Source of the DNA: Phoronis australis
Taxonomy: Eukaryota > Animalia > Phoronida
Length of the DNA stretch: 64,000 bases
Direction of reading: 5' to 3'
Assembly: GCA_002633005.1 (NCBI GenBank)
Contig: NMRA01000082.1
Coordinates: 96,518-160,517 of the forward strand
Position 1 is the first letter of the stretch; each line of letters starts with the position of its first letter. The notes under the pieces are model-generated. The model searched no databases. It worked only from the letters and a program-made list of their open reading frames with translations, and had not been told where the DNA came from. Position numbers and translations under genes: made by a program. Positions 53,049 through 64,000 of the stretch are shown piece by piece.

Positions 53049-53339
53049 CGGTTCTCTGCTTCATGAAAAGTGACATCAGACTTCGGTCTGAACTTTGGTC
53101 TTACACTCCAAGCAACTATTTTTGAACTTTAGTTAATCCAGTCTCAATTCAGCAAAAGAGCAAGTACTCTTCAGCATATAAACATGGCTGTTAGTTACTG
53201 AGATAATCCAGATAACTTATTTATAGCGTGTGGTGCGTTCATAATCATTTGGCTATACATTTTTCAGGAATTGTGAAGTGTAAGCGGAAGATCAAATTCA
53301 TGTCTTAGTCGTAACTTAAACACTTTCATGAAACCATGG
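53049..53339. mobile_element. Related MITE copy
   Basis: ttcatgaaaagtgacatcagactt ... cactttcatgaaacc inverted ends. Confidence 0.5.
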
Positions 53340-53830
53340 AAATGATAGTCATCAGTCGAAAGTCAGGCACTCGTTCATGACTTCCGTTGCATATATCATG
53401 CAGGATATGCACAACTAGATGAACAAGAATCTGATGAACAGAATAATCTCTGATGAAAACGGCTGTGTGATCAACATCCGATTTTAAAAATAATGAGCAC
53501 CGCCGAAGCTAGACCGCCGGTTCGCTGGTTAGATAGGACGTTATCAAAGGTCTCCTCTATAAGATTATAGATTTTAACTTAGTGAAATAATATATTTTCT
53601 GAAAGTAGGAAGTCTGTAAAAATTGATTGCTTTTAAATGAGATTCGCAAAAAGGCACATAAAGAGCAAAATAACTTTATCATTATCAAGATCAAATGTTA
53701 CTTAATATAAAACTTCAAGGTGAGATCTCAAAATCGCTGTTACGATATGATTTCGTTTTGGTTTATGCAGCTTTCAGTTTTTTGAAAATCGCAAGTCTCA
53801 TTTTTTATATCCCGTCATGTAAAAATGGAA

Positions 53831-54004
53831 TATATGTAGATTATTACATGGCGAAGTCGTTATCCCCCGTTATCTAGAGCCCGAGTGGATTTTGGAGAAT
53901 TATCGCCCGAGGGGCGTTAGCCCCGAGGGTGATAATTCTCCAAAATCCACGAGGGCTCTAGATAAGGGGGATAACGGCTGAGAACATGTAATAATCTATT
54001 TATA
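53831..54004. repeat. ~170 bp palindrome centred on ggggc-gtta-gcccc (non-autonomous palindromic element)
   Basis: tagattattacatg / catgtaataatcta, ttatctagagccc / gggctctagataa, and gtggattttggagaattatc / gataattctccaaaatccac all pair. Confidence 0.9.
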
Positions 54005-54546
54005 CCACATACTAAACGAGAAACATTGCAATGAATCGATTTACCTTTTCTGACTCTCCACGGCTTTGTAACTACTTTCTATGTCAGAGGCCCGGGGTCG
54101 GAGGTCGTGACCTTTTAAGAAAAGCCGGGCTATTTTTGTCAAATAATGCTTTTACTCAAAACCAATTGAAAACTTAAATATAATAGAAATAAACTGAATT
54201 TATAAATTAAGGTTTACCAACTATTATAGCTTAAAACACGTTTTTTTCACGCTAAGCTTCGACCGGGAAATTATCGTCTGCTAAAGTAGGTTACCACTGG
54301 TAACTGAATATAATTCTCAAGCCAAAGATCCTGACGACACGATACCCGCATTCAAACTGGAGATCGGTGATTTACAAGTAAGAGGACATGAGAGAAATAT
54401 TTCATTGAATTAAGATATCATTTTTATGGAAATTATGTGTCTTATTTCTCGTAGCGTATACGTACAGTACAATGCGGTTTGTTGAACGTGCGATTATTGC
54501 GCGTGCTCATTTAAGTATTATATTTTCACTCTTGATGACGTCAGCT

Positions 54547-54616
54547 GCTGCGTGGTGTAGTGGTTAAGGTCGGCGACCAGCAAACTCAAGGTTCCGGGTT
54601 CGACTCCGTCCTCGGT
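54547..54616 (+). pseudogene. tRNA-derived sequence (pol III A and B boxes; SINE head or tRNA pseudogene)
   Basis: A box tggtgtagtgg and B box ggttcgactcc at tRNA-like spacing, but the acceptor and anticodon stems do not pair. Confidence 0.6.
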
Positions 54617-56043
54617 TTCCCGCCAAATCGTTATCTCACTAGTGAGATAACTTTATGGGTTATTACACGGTTGTATCTGTCATTTGACGCCAATAATGTG
54701 GTATAAAATAGCATCTGAATGTCATTAATATCCAGTACATCGTTTCTGAGATATGATATTTCGAAGTTAGTTAAATTTAGACATTTTTCTAGGGTCCTAG
54801 ATCTCAGTACGCCTAACAGTTGGGCAGAGAAATGCATATATAAAGATTTAAAACAGGGATTAATCTAGACTCAAACACAACCTTCCGAAATCAGAAGATT
54901 CAGACAACATGTAACTCATAAGGCAAAAGTGAAGTAACGCCACATGAACTGCGTGCAAGTATATAATGCCATACAGCACTCACGACATACGCGGTTGCTT
55001 ATTGGTGAAAACTTTGAATTATTATAGTCATGCGTGATCAGCACTGTTGGCGCCATCGACACTGGTAACATTAAAGATCATTCCCAAAATTATTGAATAT
55101 AGCGGTGCCAGTAGAGAATCAGTTTCCGCTGAATCGGGGTCAGTTACTTCTTGATTCTCAAAATCAGTGACATCTATAATCGACTATTGCTTTCGTAATC
55201 TGATATGCCAAGTCGTCCAATAGGCCCTATAATAGAGAACGAAAAATGGGACTCCTTGGCTGCGAAGGTGGGACATTTCGTAAAAATACGAGACATCTAG
55301 CTGACTTTACGCCGAACGCATGACTAAAACGCCAGCCGGAGTAATTTTGCAAGAGAACGAGAAAATCCCGATGGGGTCATTTTGAAGCTCGTGAGAAATT
55401 CACGGTTGCCGTAACTCCCAAACTCGCCCTAATCGCGTTTTTTTTCGTTGCCGCTTGGAGTATCACTTTGATAATAAATCAATTTCGTTTGCTTTGAAAT
55501 GTGAGACATTTTGACAGAGTGGCGGGAAGGCGAAAAAACGTCACAAAACAGGGTCAGTTGGCAAGCATTTGTCCACATAACCACCTCAAGCAGTGTTTGA
55601 CGTCATTATTTAGTTTCCGAAAAGCCATGAAGTTAACAGCAAAAAGTTTTATAAAATATTTTCTACAAACCTGAAAATGGAAAAACTCCACCCCGCAGCC
55701 CAGCAAGTTTGAACGGCGTCCGTACGCCGAGGGGTCACTCGAGGCTATGGCGCAAATTGATCTTCTGAAAAGCAAGCACCCCAGCAGATCTATACAGGGC
55801 CAATCAATAAAGCCTATTGTGTCACGTGTTATCATTTCGTGAGGACTACGGTTGTACGTCATAGTCGGTGGGCCGGCCTCCCGTTCTGTAACGCTAGAAC
55901 CTCGCTAAAAAGCAAGACTCCGCGAGATTACTGTACGTGAGATATTGCCGTGCGTTTTAAATGAGAGCACGTGACTTTGCCTAGACTTTAGCTAGGTCCT
56001 AGCGTAGGTCCTAGCGGCTACTGAACGCACGCCAGATCTCATA

Positions 56044-57828
56044 CTCGCTGGGTCCCCCAGCCAGCACGCAGGTACCACGCAGTGACATGCGCTTTAGCAT
56101 TAGTTGATGTAACTTCGGCAGTCATTGGTTAGCTTTACAACACCGTGAAACAGTGATGGAGGACTGTGAACGATTCTTAGCCTTGTCAAGGAAGTGGCGT
56201 AGCAGCAACTACTAGGCCCATTTCGTTTCTACAGTGATGTTTAATAGCCGCGTGCTTGAAGCACATACATGTACAATATATAAACATATATCTGGCCGAT
56301 TTAACCGTCGTGTTATTCCTACTGCTTGAATACAAGACAGTATCGTAAACAAACGTCATTGATAGTAAAAAGATACATTCCGAAAAAGCGCAACCACAAT
56401 TTCTAGGATTAACATTTCCTGAACATAATTTTTAAGCACCGATATGTCTGTACAACAGACCACATTTACACTTCAGTCCATCAGTCATGCCAACACAGAC
56501 TGTAGATTATCCATGATGCCAGTTTGTTTGCGTAAAGAGCTTCCTGTTGAGAATTCGACTAGCCAATCAGAAACGCCGGTGTAAAAAATTCCTCAGGAAA
56601 ATTAAGTGATACCTGCGTGACTAGCTGGTTCCCTGCATGCCGCTAGGTGGTCAGTAGCAAGTACGCAATTATCACTTAATTTTCCTCGGGAAATTTTTTT
56701 ACATCGGCGCGTTGGCTAGTCGAATTCTCAACAGGCAGCGCTTTACGCAAACAAACTGCCATGACTGATGGACTGAAGTGTAAATGAAGTCTGTTGTACA
56801 GACAAAGCGGTGCTTATAATTCATGGTCAGGAAATGCGAATCCTAGGAATTGTAGTTGCGCCTTTTCGGCCTCTTTCTACTGTCGATGACTTTTGTTTAC
56901 AATACTGTCCTATATTCATACAGTATGAATAATACACCGGTTAAATCGGCCAGATATGTGTTTATTGTACATGAATGTGCTTCAAGCACGCGGCTATTAA
57001 ACATCACTGCAGAAACAAAACAGTTGCGCCGGGCGACGCCACTTGCATGATAAGGCTAGAAATCGATCATAGTCACGGTGTTGTAAAGCTAACCAATGAC
57101 TGCTGAGGTTACATCAACCAATGCTAAAACGCGTGCCACTGCGTGATACCTGCCTGCTGGCCTCACTGGTTCCCTGCGTGCCGCTAGTTTCGGTCAGTAG
57201 CCAGCACGCAGGTACATGTATCATTTAATTTTCCTCGGGAAATTTTTTTACACCGGCGTTTCTGATAGGCTAGTCGAATTCTCTAACAACAGGGCAGCGC
57301 TTTACGCAAACAAACTGGCATCATAGATACTCTACGGTCTGTTGTACAGACAAATCGGTGCTTAAAATTTATGGTCAGGAAATGTAAATCCTAGAAATTG
57401 TGATTGCGCCTTTTCGCCGTAGTGCATCTTTCCACTGTCGATGACTTTTGTTTACGATACTGTCTTGTATTCATACAGTATGAATAACACACCTGTGAAA
57501 TCGGCCGGATATGTGTTGATTGTACATGTATGTGCTTCAAGCTCGTGGATATTAAACATCACTGCAGAAACGAAATAGTTGCTGGGACGCCACTTGCTTG
57601 ACAAGGCTAAAAATCGTTCACAGTCCACCATTTCTTCACTGTATTGTGAAGCTAACCAATGACTGCTGAGGTTACATCAACCAGTGCTAAATAAGCGAGT
57701 GCCACTGCGTGATACCTGCGTGCAGGCTAGGCACGTAGGCAGGATCAGCGAGCGTGCTGGCACGTGGAGGACTAGCGAGCCTTCGTGATGGCAATTGACC
57801 ACCTAGCGGCACGCAGGGAACCAGCGAG
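56044..57828. mobile_element. Composite foldback of a ~580 bp MITE: one reversed unit plus two forward units
   Basis: 56060-56615 is the reverse complement of 56660-57160, and 57166-57770 repeats it. Outer ends ctcgctgg...ccagcgag are flanked by gatctcata on both sides. Confidence 0.85.
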
Positions 57829-57846
57829 GATCTCATAGCGTTCGTC

Positions 57847-59996
57847 TTTGTGAGTACTTTGGGGGGGGGGCAACCTAGTTCTTTCTATGTGGGTAGAAAA
57901 TACACCTATAAATAAATCAAGTTCCAAAATTGTCCCACGTATACACTTGCACACATTTTTAAAAGGTGTTTTTGTTGCAATAAAAATTGTGCACATTCCT
58001 GGCGCTTTTTTATTAAATTGAGCAATCAGAGAGACAGATTGTATTGTTGTAGTTAGTAATTTCAATATGGCTGCTCCCATGGAGTGTGATCCCTGTATAC
58101 ATGAAGGCGACATCCCGTTGCTCCCAACTTGTTCGATTGTATAGCCCAACAACAAGTAGCCAATTAACTCCATTCTGGCGTTGATGGTTGGAGGGCCTGT
58201 GCTCTTTTGTTTGATAATTGCTCTAATCTCCGATCAGATCGTATCTAGCCTGACTGGGGTGGGCTGATAAAAATGAAAGTTAAGTTAAGCCAGATATTAT
58301 CGCACGTTCAGCACCCCTCACGTCTGGAAAAGTTATTGAACGACAGGACGCTGTAATGATTCTAGGTTTATCAAACAGCACTAAATTGTGATAACCAGAA
58401 TTTGAAGAAGCTTATAGAGAAGCATCCTGACGAAAGGTGATGGACTGCGCAACTCTGTGGATCATTATAGACAGAAAAGAGGTGTCACTCACGCTTGAGC
58501 AGAAAACAGCACAAGCAACAGCTCAGTCCGGAGACCTGAATATGCAAATGAAATTCAAAGATAAAGACCTCGTGGGTTAAGAAGCCAAGTACCAGATATC
58601 ATCATGCTATAAAAATAGAAAGACAAAATTGTGAAGAGTAAAGAATCCACAGTTTTCTAAAATGTTTTTCTACAGTTTTGTTTGGAGTTCATTGAATAAA
58701 AGCTTCTAACACATGGAGATGTCATTGGCCGTTCAAAACTAAAGCAAGATTTTGAAGCTATTTTTCAGAAAGCTAGTGTGCATGAAGTTATTTGGACAAG
58801 CAATCTGAAGAAACGACTGTTGAAGCTACTCACTGTTGCAGTTGTGCCCAACTAAGAGAGACAAAAGTGCATTGAGGCTAGTGTTCAATAATTCACTTGC
58901 TTAGGCCTACATACTAATGAACACAGCCCTTTATAATATGTTTTGAATAGAACATTTGCCTAAATCCTGCCTGCCACCAAACAAGGACTCAGTGTTTGAC
59001 CCTTCAGTGCACGCGGGCCAATCACCAGTGTGCAGTACTTTACCCTTCCTAATCAGCCTTAGCGGTGGAGCTTTGCAGTTAAAATAGATGGTAATGTCCA
59101 CAGCTCCATTGGCAATCTGTATGCTGCAAGTGCAAAAAGAACGTTTGTGCAGGGAAACTGAGTTTGTGGTGCAATGCAGAGTCAAACTGTACAGAAATAT
59201 GAAGTTGTGACAACTGTAGTAACATCAGCAACACTGACCGCATAACATTGGATAGTTCTTTGAAAAGTCAACCCTAAATAGACCGCCAACTTCTCCAACC
59301 CCGTTATTTCGTTTTATTTTTGTATTAAAAAGTGTGAGCTGTGAATTTTATTTGTTGATTTAGTCATAAAAAGTACATACTTTGATCATTGTCAGGTTTT
59401 GCTTCATACTGCTTGCTAGACATTGTCAGAATAACCTTGGCTACAATTTTTATATTCTGTGTGCACATTCACAGAGATCATTCAGCTAAATTGTTTTTAT
59501 ATAATTACATATTTCTGGTGTATTATGCAGAGAAGCTACATTTTACCCCATTAGTCAATGGTTCAGTTATCGAGGCACAAATTTTTCCCTGTCTCAAGTG
59601 TTGTGTGTTATTTTTGTTGCCACACAGTGCCAGGATAACCTCCTAGTAACATTCAGGCTTAGTTCGTATTTCGGCCACTCGGTGTTACTTCATATTTTTT
59701 TAAATTTCATTGTTCACAATTAGTATGCAATAGTAAAACATGTAATGTGAGTGTATTATTGTTCAGTACAATGACATTGATGGGACCATATTACTTGTTT
59801 TACAAAAAAGATATCAAAACTGTTGTTTTTACAAATATAAGTTACTAAGCTCTTTGGTGATTATTATGTAATTTCAAATTCAAATTTCTCAAAAATGTGC
59901 AGCTTTATATGTGGGAACTTTTTAGATTTTCAAAACACGCTAATAAATGAATTTAAAAACACCAAAATAAAATTGTCCCCGTAAAGTACTCACAAA
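57847..59996 (+). mobile_element. Decayed, internally deleted Academ-like DNA transposon
   Basis: Imperfect inverted ends (tttgtgagtacttt..ggg.caa at 57847 versus ttgtccccgtaaagtactcacaaa at ~59972). Disrupted coding remnants: DLVG*EAKYQ..CY (58566), LPPNKDS (58971), L*M...AP..I, and a C-terminal CxCK..C..CTE..C..C.N cluster (59121-59223). Confidence 0.65.
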
Positions 59997-60138
59997 AACC
60001 ATTTTCTAGAAGTCCTACAAATTCAACTAACCACTGCGGGAGGCTCTGAAATTTCCCGCCTTTATTACACAATCATGCGCATAGATGGCGCTATCTCATT
60101 TGCAGGTTATATGGGCTCTACGGTCTCTGATCTGGGTC

Positions 60139-60721
60139 CTCGCTAGTTCCCTGCGTGTCCGCTAGGGAGATGAGAACACCCGGGTATCATTTAATTTTCA
60201 TTCAAAAAATTTTTAACACCGGCGTTTCTGATTCGTTGGTCGAATTCTCAACAGGTAGCGCTTTACGCAAACAAACTGGCATGGAGGAAGTGTAAAATAA
60301 TGTGGTCTGTTGTACTGACAAATCTGTGCTAAAGTTCATGTTCAAGAAATGTGAATTCCAGAAAATTGTGCATGGTTGCGCCTATACGTTTGCGTTTTTC
60401 TACTGTCGCTGACTTTTGTTTACGTTGCTGTCTTGCATTCACACCGAATGAATAACACACCGCTTGGCGGCCTGATGTGTGAGTGTGTTTATTGTACATG
60501 TATGTGCTTCAAACAAGTGGCTATTAAACCGTGATTACTGCAGGAACAAAATAATTGCTGTATACGCCACTTGCATGACAAAGCTAAAAATCGTTCATAG
60601 TCCGCCATTTTCTTTCTTTGTTGTAAAGCCAACCAATGACTGCCGAGGTTACATATCAACCAGACAATGCGCGTGCCACTGAATGATAGTGCGTGTTCTC
60701 TACACGCAGGGAACCAGCGAG
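60139..60721 (+). mobile_element. Monomeric ~580 bp MITE, same family as 56044-57828
   Basis: TIRs ctcgctagttccctgcgtgt / acacgcagggaaccagcgag; interior colinear with the 57 kb units. Confidence 0.85.
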
Positions 60722-63700
60722 ATCTGCCGGGGTCTAGGGTGTTGCCATAGTTCCGAAAAATGACATGCCGGCGGATTTTTGTCCTAACCCGGCGAACGGG
60801 ACACCCTAAATTGTCAAGTAGTCCTACCTATTGGATATCCTCTCAAAATTCATGCATTTACGAACATGACCGAAACTTGAAAAGTGACGAACATATACCA
60901 ATCATTTTATGTAAGCGCGCATTCAACCATACCGCTGCAATGCTGTATATCAACATGTATACCTATGCGCTAACTGCATCTCAGTTTCGCCCTGTGTAAT
61001 TCGCAAGGTAACGAAAACGAGTTAGACCCTTTTCTCTCCGATAAAATCAGTGTTTCGTACCGTGAAGGGAATCTAAATCCGTTACCAACAGTGATCGAAA
61101 CCATCAGCGGCGCACTAAGAAAACGCTTCTGCATCAGGTTATTGGGGATGGGCAACCCAATAAATTTCGGAAATCAAAAATGCCGGCTCATTCTGCAATA
61201 ATTTGATATCTGATGTTTTTATTAGATCACGTTTACGAATTCAATTTTGACAGTTATATCGCCTAAGCCCCTTTTATGAACTTTGTTGAATTTGGCAAGT
61301 GCATTTCCACGAACGCAATAAATAATGGATCTTTCGGACGAATCCGACCACTGCTGTGAGGTTTGCTCTGCATCTTGGAAGTTCTTTGGCGGATTTTCAT
61401 GAAATTTCACAAATAGGTTTCAGTCAAAGAGACAATGACACCTTTTTTATTTTCGGATGGATTTCGCCATCCAGTGACCATTTTTATTATTTTCGAAAAT
61501 TTTCTTGGCGACGTTATCTTCTCTGTCGGACAAACCGTTCTAAGGATCATTATGAACATTAACATATGTATTCCTATTTTTTAAAGCCTAGATGACGACG
61601 AATTTCAGAAGACTCTGACTACTGCCCCCTGGTGGATGTTGATTATAATTTAACACCAATCTATCGCCGTCAACTCTATATATTCAGCTTTTATTGCAGT
61701 GTATAGAAAACAGCTAAAGTAAATATTTTCTCAAAGCAAAAGGCCAGTAGAATTCAAATTTGATTTTGATTTCACTCTGCCTTTAATTGGGCAATCATGT
61801 CTTTTTAGCAAAATTTAGCTAAATTGTGACGTCAATAACACGAACTGACCTTAAACCGTTTGACACATAGATGGTCGAGATGAGTGTCGCAGTTTCCTAA
61901 ATTATTTTTTCGTTTTGTTTTCAATTTCTGCAATTTTTAGTTTCTTTACAAAAACATATACGTCCTATTTTTGCCCTTTTTCAAAAGTGGATCACTTCAA
62001 AAACAGTTCCTTGCAGAGTTTTGGAGAACGGTGCACGAAGCCCGGCTAGCATCTGAATGAGAGGAATTATTTTAAAATGTTCTATTTTTGCATCAGGTGA
62101 TATCAAAAACTGAATTTATTGGATAAGACGAAAACGAAATAAATAATAAATTTAAAAAATGTAACGGCGTTTTTTGAGAAAGTTCAAGTTCTTGAACACT
62201 CATGCCTCATGCAGTTTGATGTCATTGATGATCGTTGTTCAGCTATCAATTACCTTTTGTACTTTTACTCAAAAGAATCAATAGCAGATCGGTAAAACGA
62301 AAAACTTTAACTTCTACAGGTTTTGTGTTTTTTTCTAAGTTTCAACTCCACATTCTTTTGTATTGTAGATACTTTGATAAATCCACAGACTTGTCGGTAA
62401 GGTCCTGCTTAACTTAAATGCGTAGACTCATTGTTGAGTGTATCCTGGGCAAACCAGGCTGACGAGAACTATAGCCACGATTGTCACAGACTTGACACAG
62501 TACAAATGACTTTCACAGAAACAAAAATGGTAACTGGCGAAAATGAGTGTAGCTAAACCAGTGCACGGCTGCTCAGTCCTATGGTGAAATACTCTGACAC
62601 TTTCTGACGCGGCAATGACTGAACTATGAACTAATGAGGTCGACGAGGATCTTTGTAGCAACGGGTACCGTGACGACATGGCCTGCATTATGATGTGATT
62701 ACCAAATGCATTGTTCAACCCCACCCCCTTCCCGACACTAGTCTCGCACCCTAAACAACACCAGATACAAATGTGACATCAATTTCTATTACTTCTACTT
62801 TCAGAATTATTTTTAACGTTGTCACGGTAACCTGACACGCACGCAGTGTATTTATCAATGACCTGCTTCATTAAAATATTAATTTTTACTGTCTCCTTTA
62901 CTGATTTAAAAAAATCAAATGTTTATATATACGTTTTCTACAATGTTGTTCCCAGATTGATTCTCCAGTCTTTTAGGAAGAACACGATTACGCAAACACT
63001 TAAAAGATTTACGGATCACTCGGTGTCTAAAGCGATTACCAAATTATTTCAAAAGGAGTTTTAATTTTACAAATGACTGGAGATAGAAACATGTATTCAC
63101 TTTCTTTTAAAAGCAGTTTCGATTTAAATTCGAGCACCATGCACCTTAATGTTTTGCGTTGAATACTTGATAGAAAATTTCTCATTTTAGATTCTGAGGA
63201 GAGTACCTTCTGTCTGATAGTCACAAAGTGAAATAAATTGTACTTTTAATGTGAAAGTATAAATGTATTGATAGATTTGTGCAGGTAGGTCTTGTCTGAA
63301 AGCGGAGTCAATTTGATTATATACAACAAAACAATCATGATTTTTGATTTAACAATCGAAAACTAAACTGTTTCGAATTGGATTCTGTAGCAATATAATT
63401 CACATAATGTCTAGGTGTAAAAATAATGCCGATTTCATTTAACTCTTAAAAATATTGGAGTCTTACATCCAACCAGGCATTTTTAGCAAAAAGTTAGATG
63501 AGTATCAGGGGTGCGACGGTATGTCGTTGTTGTTACCGAGTATTGAAGACGAGTTAGACAGCCTGCGGTCTAAATCAAAGTAAATTTTTGACCAAAGGCT
63601 CAATATCCCTTTCATGTTCTCATTAGAAGTTGTACAAGAATAACGCGGAGCGTTGAAACGCCCCCACGAATGCATCGCAAATGGTGTGCTTTAGGGGTTG

Positions 63701-64000
63701 TTTATTTGTATCACTAAAATGGCCACTAGATGATGCAAAATGCGTCGAATCTGTCTGAAAACCAAAAAAAAAATGTCATCGTTTCTTTAAAAGAAAACCA
63801 TTTACCAACTTTAATTAAAATTTGCCGAGGAACTTCAGAAAAACAGAGGAAAACAAAATAAGCGAAATTGCCACTAGGGGGCACAGTGTTCATCGGATCC
63901 GTCTAAAAGTAGTCATCTTGTCTTATTAACTTCATATTAATTCATGAGCTAAAATTAATAAAGAGGGCTTAGGAGATACAGGTATGGGTGCAAAAAAAAA

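Noticed and set aside
54547-54616. Functional tRNA gene
   Set aside because: The A and B boxes are present but the cloverleaf stems do not pair, so it is kept only as tRNA-derived.
56044-57828. CRISPR-like or regularly spaced repeat array
   Set aside because: The units are ~550-600 bp MITE copies with no short repeat-spacer periodicity, there are no cas genes, and the context is eukaryotic.

Overview
This is AT-rich, intron-containing eukaryotic DNA from a scaffolded draft assembly (four single-n joins), most likely an invertebrate animal; a lophotrochozoan such as a mollusc is plausible but cannot be proven. It is not prokaryotic, so most of the six-frame ORF track is noise. Three protein-coding genes can be reconstructed with phase-consistent GT-AG junctions. 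(1) A + strand secreted three-VWA matrix protein (6 coding exons, 11432-28352, 668 aa, ~13 kb first intron, TATA/Inr/CCAAT promoter). (2) A - strand type I membrane protein with a mucin-like stalk, one sushi/CCP domain, a TM helix and a Tyr/Pro-rich tail (34239-40224, probably extending to 41264). (3) A - strand single-coding-exon RING/B-box/coiled-coil/NHL TRIM protein (50088-52070). The intergenic DNA holds several MITE families, a 1.8 kb foldback trimer of one MITE, a decayed Academ-like transposon, a palindrome with tandem GA mismatches next to a tRNA-like head, and four apparent tandem duplications that are probably uncollapsed haplotypes at assembly joins. I found no CRISPR array, rRNA or intact tRNA, and I cannot claim a verified new biological system. 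All family assignments come from motif recognition without database searches.
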